Shown: positions 22,436 through 33,954 of the stretch, in pieces
Layout of the letters: each line of letters begins with the position of its first letter
Position numbering within the stretch: position 1 is the first letter of the stretch
Origin: Marsupella aquatica
Lineage: Eukaryota; Plantae; Marchantiophyta
NCBI GenBank assembly: GCA_973895155.1
Contig: OZ316894.1
Location: 13,449,580-13,513,579 of the forward strand
Length of the DNA stretch: 64,000 nt
Direction of reading: 5' to 3'
Position numbers and translations under genes: made by a program
Notes under the pieces: model-generated
Database searches by the model: none
Seen by the model: the letters and a program-made list of their open reading frames with translations, nothing else
Told to the model about the DNA's origin: nothing

Positions 22436-25400
22436 TGTGGTGCGTCCCATGACTCCCTAAACCCCAGAAACCCCCCTTCACAAGCCGATTCCCACAGGTT
22501 TCGCGCTTGGCGAGGCCATTTTCGCGGCTTAGTGGCATGGGACCTCCTTCTACTATTACTATTAACATTTTACACACATATACTGGACAGATCCTTCATC
22601 GGGTCATGAGATACGTAGCCGGCCTAATCTAGGCCTTCCCTTGTCTTCCCCTCCTTGTTAGGTATATTTGGATTCTGCCGCCGGAATGATCCCCAATAGG
22701 CTTGGTTAAGCCGCTAAGACCTCTCTCAGCTCGACACATCCAACTCTCACTCCCTTGCTTACTTTCCTTCATCTATTAGTTGATGTGGGCACTCTTCACA
22801 CAAGTTAATGCGACACACAAATAGCAAAATGACTCCTTCTGACTGAGTCATACCATGCACTTGCCATACAAACAGTACATCTCATAGACAAGCTCTGCGA
22901 ACTAAGCCGTGAGGCCAACTCTATTCAGCTCTTAGGCATGAGGAAACATGAATATACACATGGGTCATTGTATGACTAACCGAGAGCTTCTCTTACTACT
23001 TGATCCCAGCCCGGCTGGTGCAACTAAAAACTTGCTAAAGAAGAGGCCCTGAGCTCCCCGCTGCCCAGGTACTTATCCTGGTAGTGGATCCGCCTAATTC
23101 TTTGCAGCGTAAGCCTAATCTACCTAACTGAATCTACCTAACTGAATCTACCTATGTACAGCGAGGCAGGAGTACAAGTGTTGCTCTTACCAGTGGAACC
23201 GCAATCCCACTAAGCTAAGTGTCAGGGCCGCCTCCTGGTCCTGATCCTAATCCTAATCCTAAACTTAGAGATCTGAGCCCGCCCTGCCCACTCACACCTC
23301 CTCCCTCCACGTCCGCCCTCCTTGAAAGGAGCGGCCCTCCACCACCGTCATGGCAGCGGTGTCTGTTCCTCAGTGGACGCCCCCAACGCTTCCTCCTCAG
23401 CCACTGCCGTAGGTTCGTTCTCTGACAGATTACCTGCCCTTGACTGAGTCAACTCTCCATCGGCCTGACTGGGTCCACCCCCGACATCGGCATCGGCTTC
23501 AACATCAACCTCGGCTACGGCCTCAGCCTCGGCTACGGCCTCAGCCTCGGCTACGGCCTCCCCCGCACACTCAAGTGGCGGATTGGGTACCTCGGCTTCA
23601 TTACCGAGTATCCTGGCCTTGGCTTTGTCATCCCCTTCTTCTAGGGTAGTTGGATCCTCTGCCGTAACCCTGCCTGAGGTCGGTGCTGGGTTTACCTCCT
23701 TGGTCACCATGGCCTGTGGAGCCGTATTACTCCCTGACCCTGAAGGTTTCCGCTTCTTCTTCTTTTCTGGTTCGGCAGCTGGCCCCTTCCCCTTCCCACT
23801 TACTTCCGGCACTGGGGCAAATGGCGCGGCTTGTCTTTTGGCCAGTACCACTCCTGGTAACTTAGTGGCCTCAATTTGAGTTGGCCCTGATGAAGCCAAG
23901 CACTTAAATACTGCGGCTTGTTTCTTTAGCCGCTCCGTTTGGTTGTCGGCTCGTCATTGTAAGTTCTCTAGCTTCCGCGTGCTTTCCTCCAACTCTTCCT
24001 GCACTTCGTCCAGGTCCTTGCGCGCCTCCTCCAGCTCCTTCTGGGCTTCCTCCATCTCCCTTTAAAATGCAGCTCTCTCCTCCCGGGTTGCTCTTAACTC
24101 CTTGTCGAGCTCTGCAATGATGACAAACTCCATCTGGTTCATCTTGGCGTAAGTCTGATCGAGCATATTGTCCTTCTCACGCAGGTCGGCTTTGAAGTTG
24201 GCCGTCAGGGACGCAAGCTCCTGCTACAACGCAATAATCCCTTGATAGGATTTCCCTAACTTGGCCTCCTTCTTCTCAAGGGCTCCGCGGATAACCTCGA
24301 GCTCCCCCTTCAATGCCCTTTCCCTTTTCTGGGTCTCCGCCATGGCCCGGTTGTTGGCTGTTATGTGGGCCTCCTTTGCATCCCTCAGCTCTCGCTTCCA
24401 CTTCTCCCGCTCCTTGATTGCATCGGCCAACTCTCCTTGGGTTTGAGTCAGTTTATTCTCGATAATCCGATTATCAGATTGTGCGGTATCCAATTGGCCC
24501 TGCATGATATTTAGCTCATGTCGCTTAATCCGCAGCTCATCTTGGGCTTTCTTGGCCGCCCTCAGGTCTTTGATTTCGGCTTCCCTTGCCCTAAGCCGAC
24601 GGATGACATCGTCCTTCTTGCTTCTTTCCAAAGCCACCGCTTCTTCTAATTGGCGCTTCTCCAACATCTCCCTCTGAAAAAAGGGTCCTTGCTCCAACTC
24701 CTCCCCAAAGATGCTGAGCGCCAGCTCTCCACACATTTCCCCGTACTCCATGGCTCTATCCTTAGCATAGGTGGAGTAACTAGAAGTCATCGGCATCAAC
24801 CACCGCGGCCTCTGCTCCCAAGCCGTCTTGCGGATTTCTTCTACGGTGGCAAGAGGGTTGCTTCGTTTTTCTGCAAGCCGCCTGATGTCCTCTGGCCATT
24901 CTCCTCCTGGTAAATCCTTTTCCCTAGCCAAGGCTGCCTCCTCTTCCTCCCTGATTCGCTCCTGAAATTCCTGCGCCGTTTGTTTTATGCCGTCAAAGCT
25001 CGGGGGAGCGACATCTGGTGGGGGAGACTCGGGGCTGCTCTGCTGGCTTGGGTCTCCTCGAACTACTCTTGGGAGCATGGGGATGAACCGGCCACAGATC
25101 CTTACTCCTGGAACATGATGATCCGACCCGTAGCCGGAGTCATCATTGCTGTAGTCCTCTACCGCCTCCTCCTCGGCTTGGACTACCAGCTTCTCCCGCT
25201 GTTCGTAAACATGGCTTCACCTCTCACCGGTCTTGGTTCCTCCTCCGGCTTCAGTGTTGATCTCTTGTTCTCCTTGTCATGGCCGGGAGCTACGGCCTGC
25301 TTTTCCTCGGCTTCGGGACTTGAGGCTCCTACATACATCCGGACTCCCGGCTCGTGTTCCAGCCTCCCTCTCTCCTTGACCCTAGTAAAGGGGTTTTCCC

Positions 25401-27199
25401 TTGTAAGCCGGCTTAGGCCTACCGCTGGAGCAGTGTCCTGCATTGGTGTCGTTGTCGTTGTCGTTGCCGTTGCCGGAACCGGTCTCCTTTCCTTCTCTAG
25501 CAATTTCAGCAGATTCTGCATGCCTGGTTGCTGCATCGGCAAGTCTTCTTCCCTTGGTCTAAACACCTGCTCGATCGTCGGACTGTCGGGCTGGTTGGGC
25601 TTCTCTGGTGCCGACCTCTGCTCCGGGACCTCCTCCGGTGCTCTTGCCAATAGGGGAAGTATTGGGGCAAAGATTTGACTTCTGGCATACCGGCACAACA
25701 GCGGCATGTGATAGCCAAGCCGGGACACTCTTCCCACGCCGATCACCTGCTGTTCCTCCTTCAAGATCTTCTTCAGTTGGTTGAGGAGGTACCCGTTGTA
25801 ATCCCGGCTTGGGTCTGGCCTTTCTGCCAGGTAGACCTGAGCCTTGCCGATCTCTGCCCTCGGCAAGTTATAGTGCATGGTCACCCGCAAGAAATCGATC
25901 ATCTCTCTAATGTGCGGGTTGGTGCAGGTGTTCCAGAAGAAGCCATTCTTTGTTGATGGTCCTGGGAACGACCGAAACTCCTTGTCAGGTAAGGTCTTCC
26001 TAGTATCAACCTTGGTCTTATTACCCATCGGCAAGCCAAACACTTCAGCAATCACCCGGGGAGTGAGATAGAAATCCTTCCCATACACCCTCGTGGAATT
26101 GGTCTCGGGTTCCCATGATCCCACGAATTCTAACAAGTCTGAGTCTGACACCTCCGGCTTCAGCCATGGTAATCTTACGAAGGCTTCCAAGCCGGATCCG
26201 GCCATGAAGCCTTGGTACTTCTTGGTCTGCATGGCTGTAAAGCATGCATCCTCCTCCCGTGCAAAGTGTAATTGCACTTCCTCTGGTAGGGTCGCCGCCC
26301 AGCCTTTCCAGGTGTCATCGTTTGTTGGAATGGCATTGATGGGGTCGACCTCCTCCTCCTCGGCTTCTCTCTGCCTCCTGCTCTGCTGTTCTACTGGCTT
26401 CTTTGGTGCCGCCAACCTCGTTCTTTTTGCCGGGGTGGCCTCTTCGTTGTTGTTCCCCTTCCTCTTCATCTCGGCTGCCGTGGATGTCTCTCCTAGCACG
26501 GTTGCCTTTGTCCACCCCTCCGTGCTACCCTTCAACTCCCAGTGTATGTCGTTGCAACGTTTGATGGCTTCTCGGATGCCGACGACTCTGTCTTCGCAAA
26601 ACAGCAGGTCGTCTAGCTCGTTGCCAGTAGGCGTCCACAGGAATTCAACCTTGATGAGTTCTCCTCCTAAGAAGGCAGCTTTCTGCAGCTCCCACAATTG
26701 GGCGAGCTCCTGCCGTTCTCGAGCTGCTCTCTCCGATTCTTCGTCCTCGTAAGTCCCAATGTACTCAGTTGCCCATTTGAACAGGCATCCCCAAAAATGT
26801 GCCACTTGATTGACGTTGCTCATACCCTTCTCGAGTTGATAGTCGGTATTTGTTCCCACCCTGAGCGCTTGCCTAAGCAGTTGACAGTAGTTGGCCGCCC
26901 GTAGTCGCCTGCTCAGTTCATGCTTGCAAATGAGCTACTATTCCTCGCGAGCGGTCCTTACCCCTCTCCTCCTCTGGTTCTCCCTCCCGTTGGTTACCCC
27001 TAGCCGCCGGCACTTAGCTTGCCCTAACCCTAATCGTGTTCTCTCCCCTGGCGTCCTTACTTCCGGCCTCGGCTCGGGTTCCATAGTCACCCTTAATTGT
27101 TTATATTTTCCTTATTTATGTAACTATACTAAGGTGTTTCTAGGGTACACTTCCCTTTTCCCCTTAAACTAGCCCAGTGATTCCTGGCTAGGCATCACA
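22436..27199 (-). mobile_element. Family-1 solo LTR (4764 bp) inserted in the 5' UTR of element B
   Basis: TG...CA; TSD GTCGG (22431-22435) / GTCAG (27200-27204, one transition); flanks rejoin to the UTR seen in element A. Confidence 0.9.
23348..26823 (-). pseudogene. Degenerate LTR-encoded ORF in solo LTR
   Basis: ORFs 25183-26859, 24224-25078 and 23348-23899 are colinear with the 1252-aa protein. Confidence 0.88.
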
Positions 27200-28417
27200 G
27201 TCAGTAAGGAGAAGTGAGTCCCCAACCGACATGGGGGAACCGGAGGCACGACCAGAAGAGAGGCTAGGAACCAGACTGAGCCAAAGGTCGCGCATTCATT
27301 ACAAGGCATTTCATGGGAGAGGAGATGAGGATCCAGACGAATGGTTGGATGACTTCGAGGGAACCGCTGCAGCAAATGGAGAATCGGCCATCAAGATGCA
27401 AATTCTTCCCGGCCTGTTCAAGGGTGAGGCTAGGCCCTGGTATAGAGCATTGGATGTGGAAGATCAAGCCATCTGGCATACCTTCAAATCACTATTTGTA
27501 AAAGAGTTTTGACCCATTGGAACGTCAGAGCTAGCAGTGCTGAAGTTGGGACGACTTCGGTTCAAGGAGAACAAATCCTTCAGGAAGTTCTTGCAACGCT
27601 TCCAAAAGCTGGTAAGACGTACAAAGACCAATGCGTATGAAGGTATGCAAATTCAATGGTTGGTGAATGCTTTACCGCAGAAGATGAGTTTTGCAATTAG
27701 GAAGGAGAACCCAGAGACTTTAGCCGAGGCAATTAGGGATATTCAATTGTACATTAATGCAGATATCACAAGCCGGAAGAAACAGCTCAAGTTTGAGAGT
27801 TCCTCATCGGAGGAAGGATCACCACATAAGAAAAAAGATAAGAAAAAGAAACATTCTAAGAAGTCAAGAAGTGATAACTCAAGCTCGGATAGTGGAAGTA
27901 GCAAGAGTGAGTCATCTTCTAGTTCTGAATAAGAAAAATCCAGGAAAAAGAAGGGCAAAAGGAGGGGGAACTTGAAAGTCAAGCTAGAGGCTAAAACGCC
28001 AGATAACATCGTAGCTCTTACCAAGCAGCTTAAGGCTATAATAGCAGAGGTAAAGCCAAAGAAGAAAGTAGTACTGGAAGATAGCTCTGTATGGTGTATG
28101 TTATAAAACCGGACACCATAAAGATGCATGTCCTAAACTCACTACTAGTCATGTTCGGCATATAGCTGAGGTCAGACCGTGTTAGGGAGAAGTAGAGTAC
28201 TTTCTAGGGGATGCCGCTGATAGTGTTTTTGGCATCAGTGAGACTGGAGCACGAGACCTATCCAACCAACCTGCATCTCTCTGGTCAGGATTAAGGAACA
28301 ATCCGGGAGAGATGTATCCTTGGATTATTCAGAATCCATCAGTACCTCCTAGGCCGAATGTGCAACGATTTGCAGCATGCTATAATTGTGGTCAACCTGG
28401 CCATTTTGCTAGAGAAT

Positions 28418-31400
28418 TGTCACGTCGTAGGCTTCGGCCTTAACTCAGACTTCAGCTTAGACGGGCACATCCCTCGTAAATCTGAGGGTTCGGGCAGGAA
28501 GGGAAGCACGTAATGCACCTTATTCTCGTAAACTAGCGCTAAGTGCGCATACTGCTAAATACGGACACCTCCTAGGTATGGTTTGTGTTCTGCCGCCGGA
28601 ACATACCTTAGTCGATAGCAGGATCGACCCCGGCTTAAGGGCTTCTAAGTCTTTGTGCTGTCCGCCTTCGATCCGGATTCGATGATACAGGTCCTCAACC
28701 CGTGCTCGCAACCACTTACCCGCAAGCTGCACCCTGTGCACGTCTCGGGTAGTGCATTCGGCCTGGCGCTGCCACCCATATACGAGAAACCCACACACAT
28801 ATGCGCACACATGCATACAATCTCGATTTACACGAAGGAAAATGATGGGAAAGGATTTTACTACAAAGGGAACATATGCGTACACTTAGTTGACCCGACA
28901 GCCCTGGAATGAACAGGTTCAAGGCCGAGGGTGCACACTACAATGGAGCCCGGCTCCGCACTCGCCCGGCGAGCTTAGTCCTACCCCCTCCCCTTGGTAC
29001 TCTTTCATTCCCAAAGGTCGGGACTCCCCGCATATCCCACGGATGTCCGACTCTTAAACTAAAAACCCCCCCTGCCTCTACCGAGGGGCGCACTAAATAC
29101 TAAGAGCCGAGGGACGGGGTGTCCTCTCGCCGAAGATTCGCTGACTAAGGTCCTAACTAAGCTGACAGTCAGGCCGGAAAACGGCTGTGTCTTATTAGAA
29201 GATCCTAATCTACGCAGGCTGGATAGCAGGGCAGCGCTGCTGTACCTAAGGCAGGTGCCTGTCCCAAGAGCCTGACTAAGCCAATCCTAATCCTAATCTA
29301 TTCCTACTCCACCGCTAATGCCTGGCACGCTTGCCAGAGCCGCCCGAATGGGAACGGCCATCCCGCTGCCTTCGAAGCCTGTCATTGTCCGCTTTGAGGA
29401 GCTGGACCTGGTCCAGCAGAGATTCGTTCTCTCGCCTCGCCGCATCCGTCTCCTCTGCTGCCTCCTGACATGCCTCCTCCAGCTGCTGGGCGTCGCTCGT
29501 CAGTTTAGCCGCCAGCTGATCCTGCTTCTCGGCCTCGGTTTGGAGCCGCGCTATCTCGGCCTGCAGTGTGGCTATCTCCGCCGTGTCCCGCTGGGCTCGC
29601 TCCTCGGCCTCCTCCAGGTCTTTCTGCCAGGTGACAGCTTGTTTCTTCAAACTGTCAATCTGGTTCCGGAGTCGTGTAATCTCGGCCTCGTTCCCAGCTT
29701 TGGCCTGTTCGGCTAGGATGGTAAGAGCGTGCGCCTTTGCTAACAACTCATCGGCGGCTGCAACCTTGGGTCGTAGTTGCAGAAGCTCAGCCTCTTGAGC
29801 CGCCACTTCGTTCTTTAGGTACACGGACTCCACCCGGTACCGCTCTATCCTCTGAAGGGCCTCCGACTGGGCCCAACCTGCCTTTATGGCGGCAACCAAC
29901 TCCTGATTGAAGAAACAGGCTACCTTCCGGGCCATGAACTCCCCGGTATCCCGAGCAATTTGATGAGAGAAATCTCCCAGAAGCCCATTCAGAAACGTAC
30001 CCTGTACAAATAGTTCCGGGTGGTCCAAGTTGTGCCTGTCCGGATTTGGGCACGGGCAGACGTCAACACGCGCGGGGGCCGGGGCAGTGACGTCCAGCCC
30101 TGGGGACATAACGTTGAAAGGGGCTGGAGTGTCCTCCTGCAGCAATGTCCGGTTCTCTGGAATTGCCACCAGTGGGTCCTTGGGAGACCCGGGTTCGGGT
30201 AAGACCTCTGCCGTACCAACTTCTGTACTTAGCCCGGCTAGTTGGGTCATATCAACGGTTGCGACAACCGACCCCTCCGGCGCCTCCTTGGTTACGATTA
30301 CAGCTATTTGTGGAGGTGGGGTGGGTGAAGCTGGCGTGTCCGCTGGACTTCGGGCCTCGGGTTGGGGCCGTCTCTCCAATGCCGGAAAAACCCACCTAGT
30401 TGGGACCAACTTTGTAACGTTGATGCGGGGAAGGGTTCGTCGATCAAACCGGGCGTACCACTCAAGAATGATTTCGATGTGGCTAGCGAAATACGCCTTC
30501 CCGCCAATGTACAGCGTCTTCCTTCGCCGCTCCATCTCTTCATGGAATTTCTTAGCGAAGTACGACGCCCATTTCCTAGGTCTATAGTTCTCGACCTGGA
30601 TAACCTGGGCGGCGGAGATCTCCCCCGGGGTTCCATCATGTGGAGAGCGTACCTTTGGAACTCCAGCCGCTCAGCTATCTCGGGCATGAGGCAGGTCATC
30701 ATCACGAACCCGTTGTCTACTGCTCCCTCTGAGGGAAAACTTGAAGATTGGTACTTGGCCCCCTTGCCCCCGGGAGCCCGTGATTCGACTCGATGGTCAC
30801 CTTCGGGTAACCCGAAGATCATCTTGAGCCGTTCTTCTGTGAGGGACATATTCCTTCCCCGCAGCCGAGTCTGTTGACGTACGTCGTCATAATTCTTGAC
30901 GAATTCTGTCATGTCCTCCCCGTAGTACCTGCAAGTGTTCCAGGGGAGAGAGGTGAGGTGCTCAAATCCCTGAGTCTTCAGGTACACCGCATGCTTGGGA
31001 TGGAGGATGTTGCTGTGAACGTTTTCCCCCATGCGGTGCATCGTCACCTTGGCTACGGCTACCGTGGCCAACGGTAACCCGGATACAGTGGCGGATTCCT
31101 TCCTCTTCTTTCCCCGTGACTGACTCGGGGAAGGTGATACTTCCCCATCCTCCCGGTCGGGCCTGGGGAGTGCCACTGCCGTTGGTAACGGGCCCGGGGC
31201 GGCCACGGTCACCATGTTGTCTGCTGGGGCCGCTCCTAGGGTCATAGCAGGGGGTGGGGACAATATAGTGTCGGCCCCCCGAGCGCTTGTTCCTCTGGGC
31301 CGCCTGGTCAAGGGTGGGATAGCCTCGTCGTCATCGCTAAGATCCACAGCGTTGATGACGGAGCGTACCTGTGCTGGTTGGGTGATAGGTGGTGGGGTTT

Positions 31401-32434
31401 GGCTAGGTTGCGGCTGAGGCTGAAGCTGAAGCTGAGCCTGAGGTTGAGGCTGGGGTTGCATGGGCACGGGTACGGGTACGGGCACGGCTGAGTTGGTCAT
31501 GTTGGTTGATGGCCGAGTTCCCATGAAGCTCTGCAGGTGCTGGTAGAAGTTCTCCGAAGCGAGTGCGGACGCCCTTGTTGAACGGTTGGTATTGGACTCG
31601 CCGTTAATGACAGCCCGAACCCGGGCAGGGATGTGGTCGAAGTGATGTCGCTACAGGTCGATTGTAGCCGGGATGTTGAAGACCTCGTCCGGAAGCCGAA
31701 GCAATGCTTCCCAGAACCCGATATATTTGTCTCCGTTGAAGAAGTACCCAGATACCTCTGCTGGTCGGTAAAGCTCGCTCTGAGACGGGTAGTCAAAGTT
31801 AAGGACGTAGTGGTGTCGTCCTGCTAGGCGGATGGCTCTCTCGTATTCGCGTTCGATTTCGTATCGGCGCGGGTTGGCGTGTTTCAATGAATCGGCCAAG
31901 TGCCTTCCGGTAGATAGGAACTGCATCCAGAATTGAATGGCCGAGCTGGAGAGGATCGTGTGCGACATTCAGAGGAGATAGTAGTGGCGACCTAGAGAGA
32001 ACGAGAGAGCTGGGGTCGAAGCTGGCGTGCGGACTGATGGACTGGTGCACTACAAAGGGTTGGCTCCCCTTTTATACTTTGAGGGCTTGTCGATCCCCGA
32101 CGTCTCCTCGACGCCCATAGGCTGAACCGCTCACGCTTGTGGTGTACCGGCCACTCCGCCGGTCTGAGTCAGCGTGCGTCAGTGGCCGCTTCCTTAAGTT
32201 CGTTATACGGACCCGAGGGAGGGGCCCTTCCACGCTCGTAACCCGGGTGTGCGAATAGCGACCCGCCGCCAGCCCGAACCTGAAGTCCCCCTTATTGCCT
32301 AATGATGTCCTACCCCTAATGATTACCTAAATACTGTCGTTATGCTAATAATAGCGGCCTAAGACCCACCTAACGCACGTGCCGAGCGCAGTTAGACTGA
32401 ATCACTCATTAACCGCCATACCGGCAGCGTCACA
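28418..32434 (-). mobile_element. Family-2 solo LTR (4017 bp) carrying a homologous long ORF
   Basis: TGTCACG...CGTCACA termini; TSD AGAAT at 28413-28417 and 32435-32439; no gag/pol, PBS or internal direct repeats seen. Confidence 0.85.
29315..31968 (-). pseudogene. Family-2 LTR-encoded protein (~880 aa reconstructed) with one in-frame TAG (31651) and one 1-nt frameshift (~30625)
   Basis: 31651-31968 and 30304-31524 share a frame. GFEHLTSLPW...DMTEFVKNY...LRGRNMSLTEERLKMIFGLP aligns with the family-1 domain. Adding one G gives PRGEISAAQVIQVE (family 1: PRAEIGKAQVYLAE). C-terminal coiled coil. Confidence 0.82.
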
Positions 32435-33954
32435 AGAATGCCCGAATGCACGCAAACAAGGTGATGGACAACCAGCTCAGCTATGAATGGATGCCGCCAG
32501 GAGGGTCACATGCTAGGACAATGTCCTACTTGGTTGGCAGGACTGGCCGCAAATAATAAGCTCTTGCCAGTCAAGGTCTTGCCATCAGGTACTACCCCAG
32601 GAGGAGTTCAAATCAACCACATCGAACTCGGATGGCAAACGGATGCCAAGGTTGAGTTTGGACCATCTGATGATGAGGCCGAGGCCCTATCAACATTTTC
32701 AGAAGAGGATTTGGATCACGATTGCTATCGGGTTTCTACTTGATCCACCAGAAGGAAAGAAAGGTGGGATGGGCTGGCCAAAAATAAAGGGAAGGTTAAA
32801 GAAGAAAAGATCGACTCTTCGTCAACATCAACGGAAAGAGAAGGAAGGGCGCCGACAACACAGGTAAGCCATGAGCCCACCAGTGAGCCCAATCCTTCAC
32901 AGGACAGCGACTTCAATCAAGACCACCCTAAGTTGTTCTACCCCTCTATTACGGCTAGTGTTAAGGAACAACTGCGAGAATTGGAAACCCTGGAGAATAC
33001 CGAAGCCATAGCTAAGGATGTGAAACGAGCAAAAGCGTTGTTTGCTTTGAAAGATCCAAAGGCTGTGGAAACTAGCGTGAAAAAACAGGCCAAATCCAAT
33101 ATGAAGACACCGGCAGAAGAAAAGCCGATAGTCCCCCACGACCTGGCTAAAAATGTACTAGAATCTAGAGTCTCGGCAATAGTAGGTCAACTGTTGAAAA
33201 ATAGCCCTTATTTCCGGAAGTAGTTAAGGAAGGCCATTCTCGGTAAGCCAAGATTACCCAAGGTAGCAACCAGATCTGACATGCTGATGATAGAAGAAGA
33301 TCAAGGAGCCCCAGCATTACCATTAATGATTCAAGGAGAAATATTACTAAGGGTACCCATCGATGGAGGACCAGGGGTATGTATTATGATTGATTCAACA
33401 GCAAAAGGATGGGGACTAATGTCGGAGATGACTGGAAGAGTGTTGAACATGGCCAATGGGTATCAGGTCATTCCCATGGGAGTGTTAACCGGCATCAAGA
33501 CTGAGATAGGAGGGATCTTCTTTAGCATTAACTATGTGGTAATGAAGCCGGTAAACCCTACGTCATTTCGGCTATTGATTGGCAGGCCATGGTTGTATCT
33601 AGCCAAGGTAATAGAAGATTGGGGGAAGAAGGAGTTCACTTTTGGAACCCCCGCTATCACGGTATCTTGGGACACCAAGGATGACCATAGGAGAAGCATC
33701 AGGGAGGTAGACGGGTATGACAGTGGACTGGAGTCAGTAGATGAGGTATGTTGGCTAGAATGCCTCACTAACCTGACCGAAGAAAGTATCTTTGGACCAA
33801 AAGTGTCCCCCAGCGGACTATGGCAAGAACCTCTGGAGAGTGACTTCGAGGAATGTGAAGCAAAAACCGAGGACTGCTTTGCCATAGAGTCCACCTTCTT
33901 AGCTTCAATTCCGGAGGAAGCACAAGAGGTGGACCAGTTGGATGAAATGGCTAA

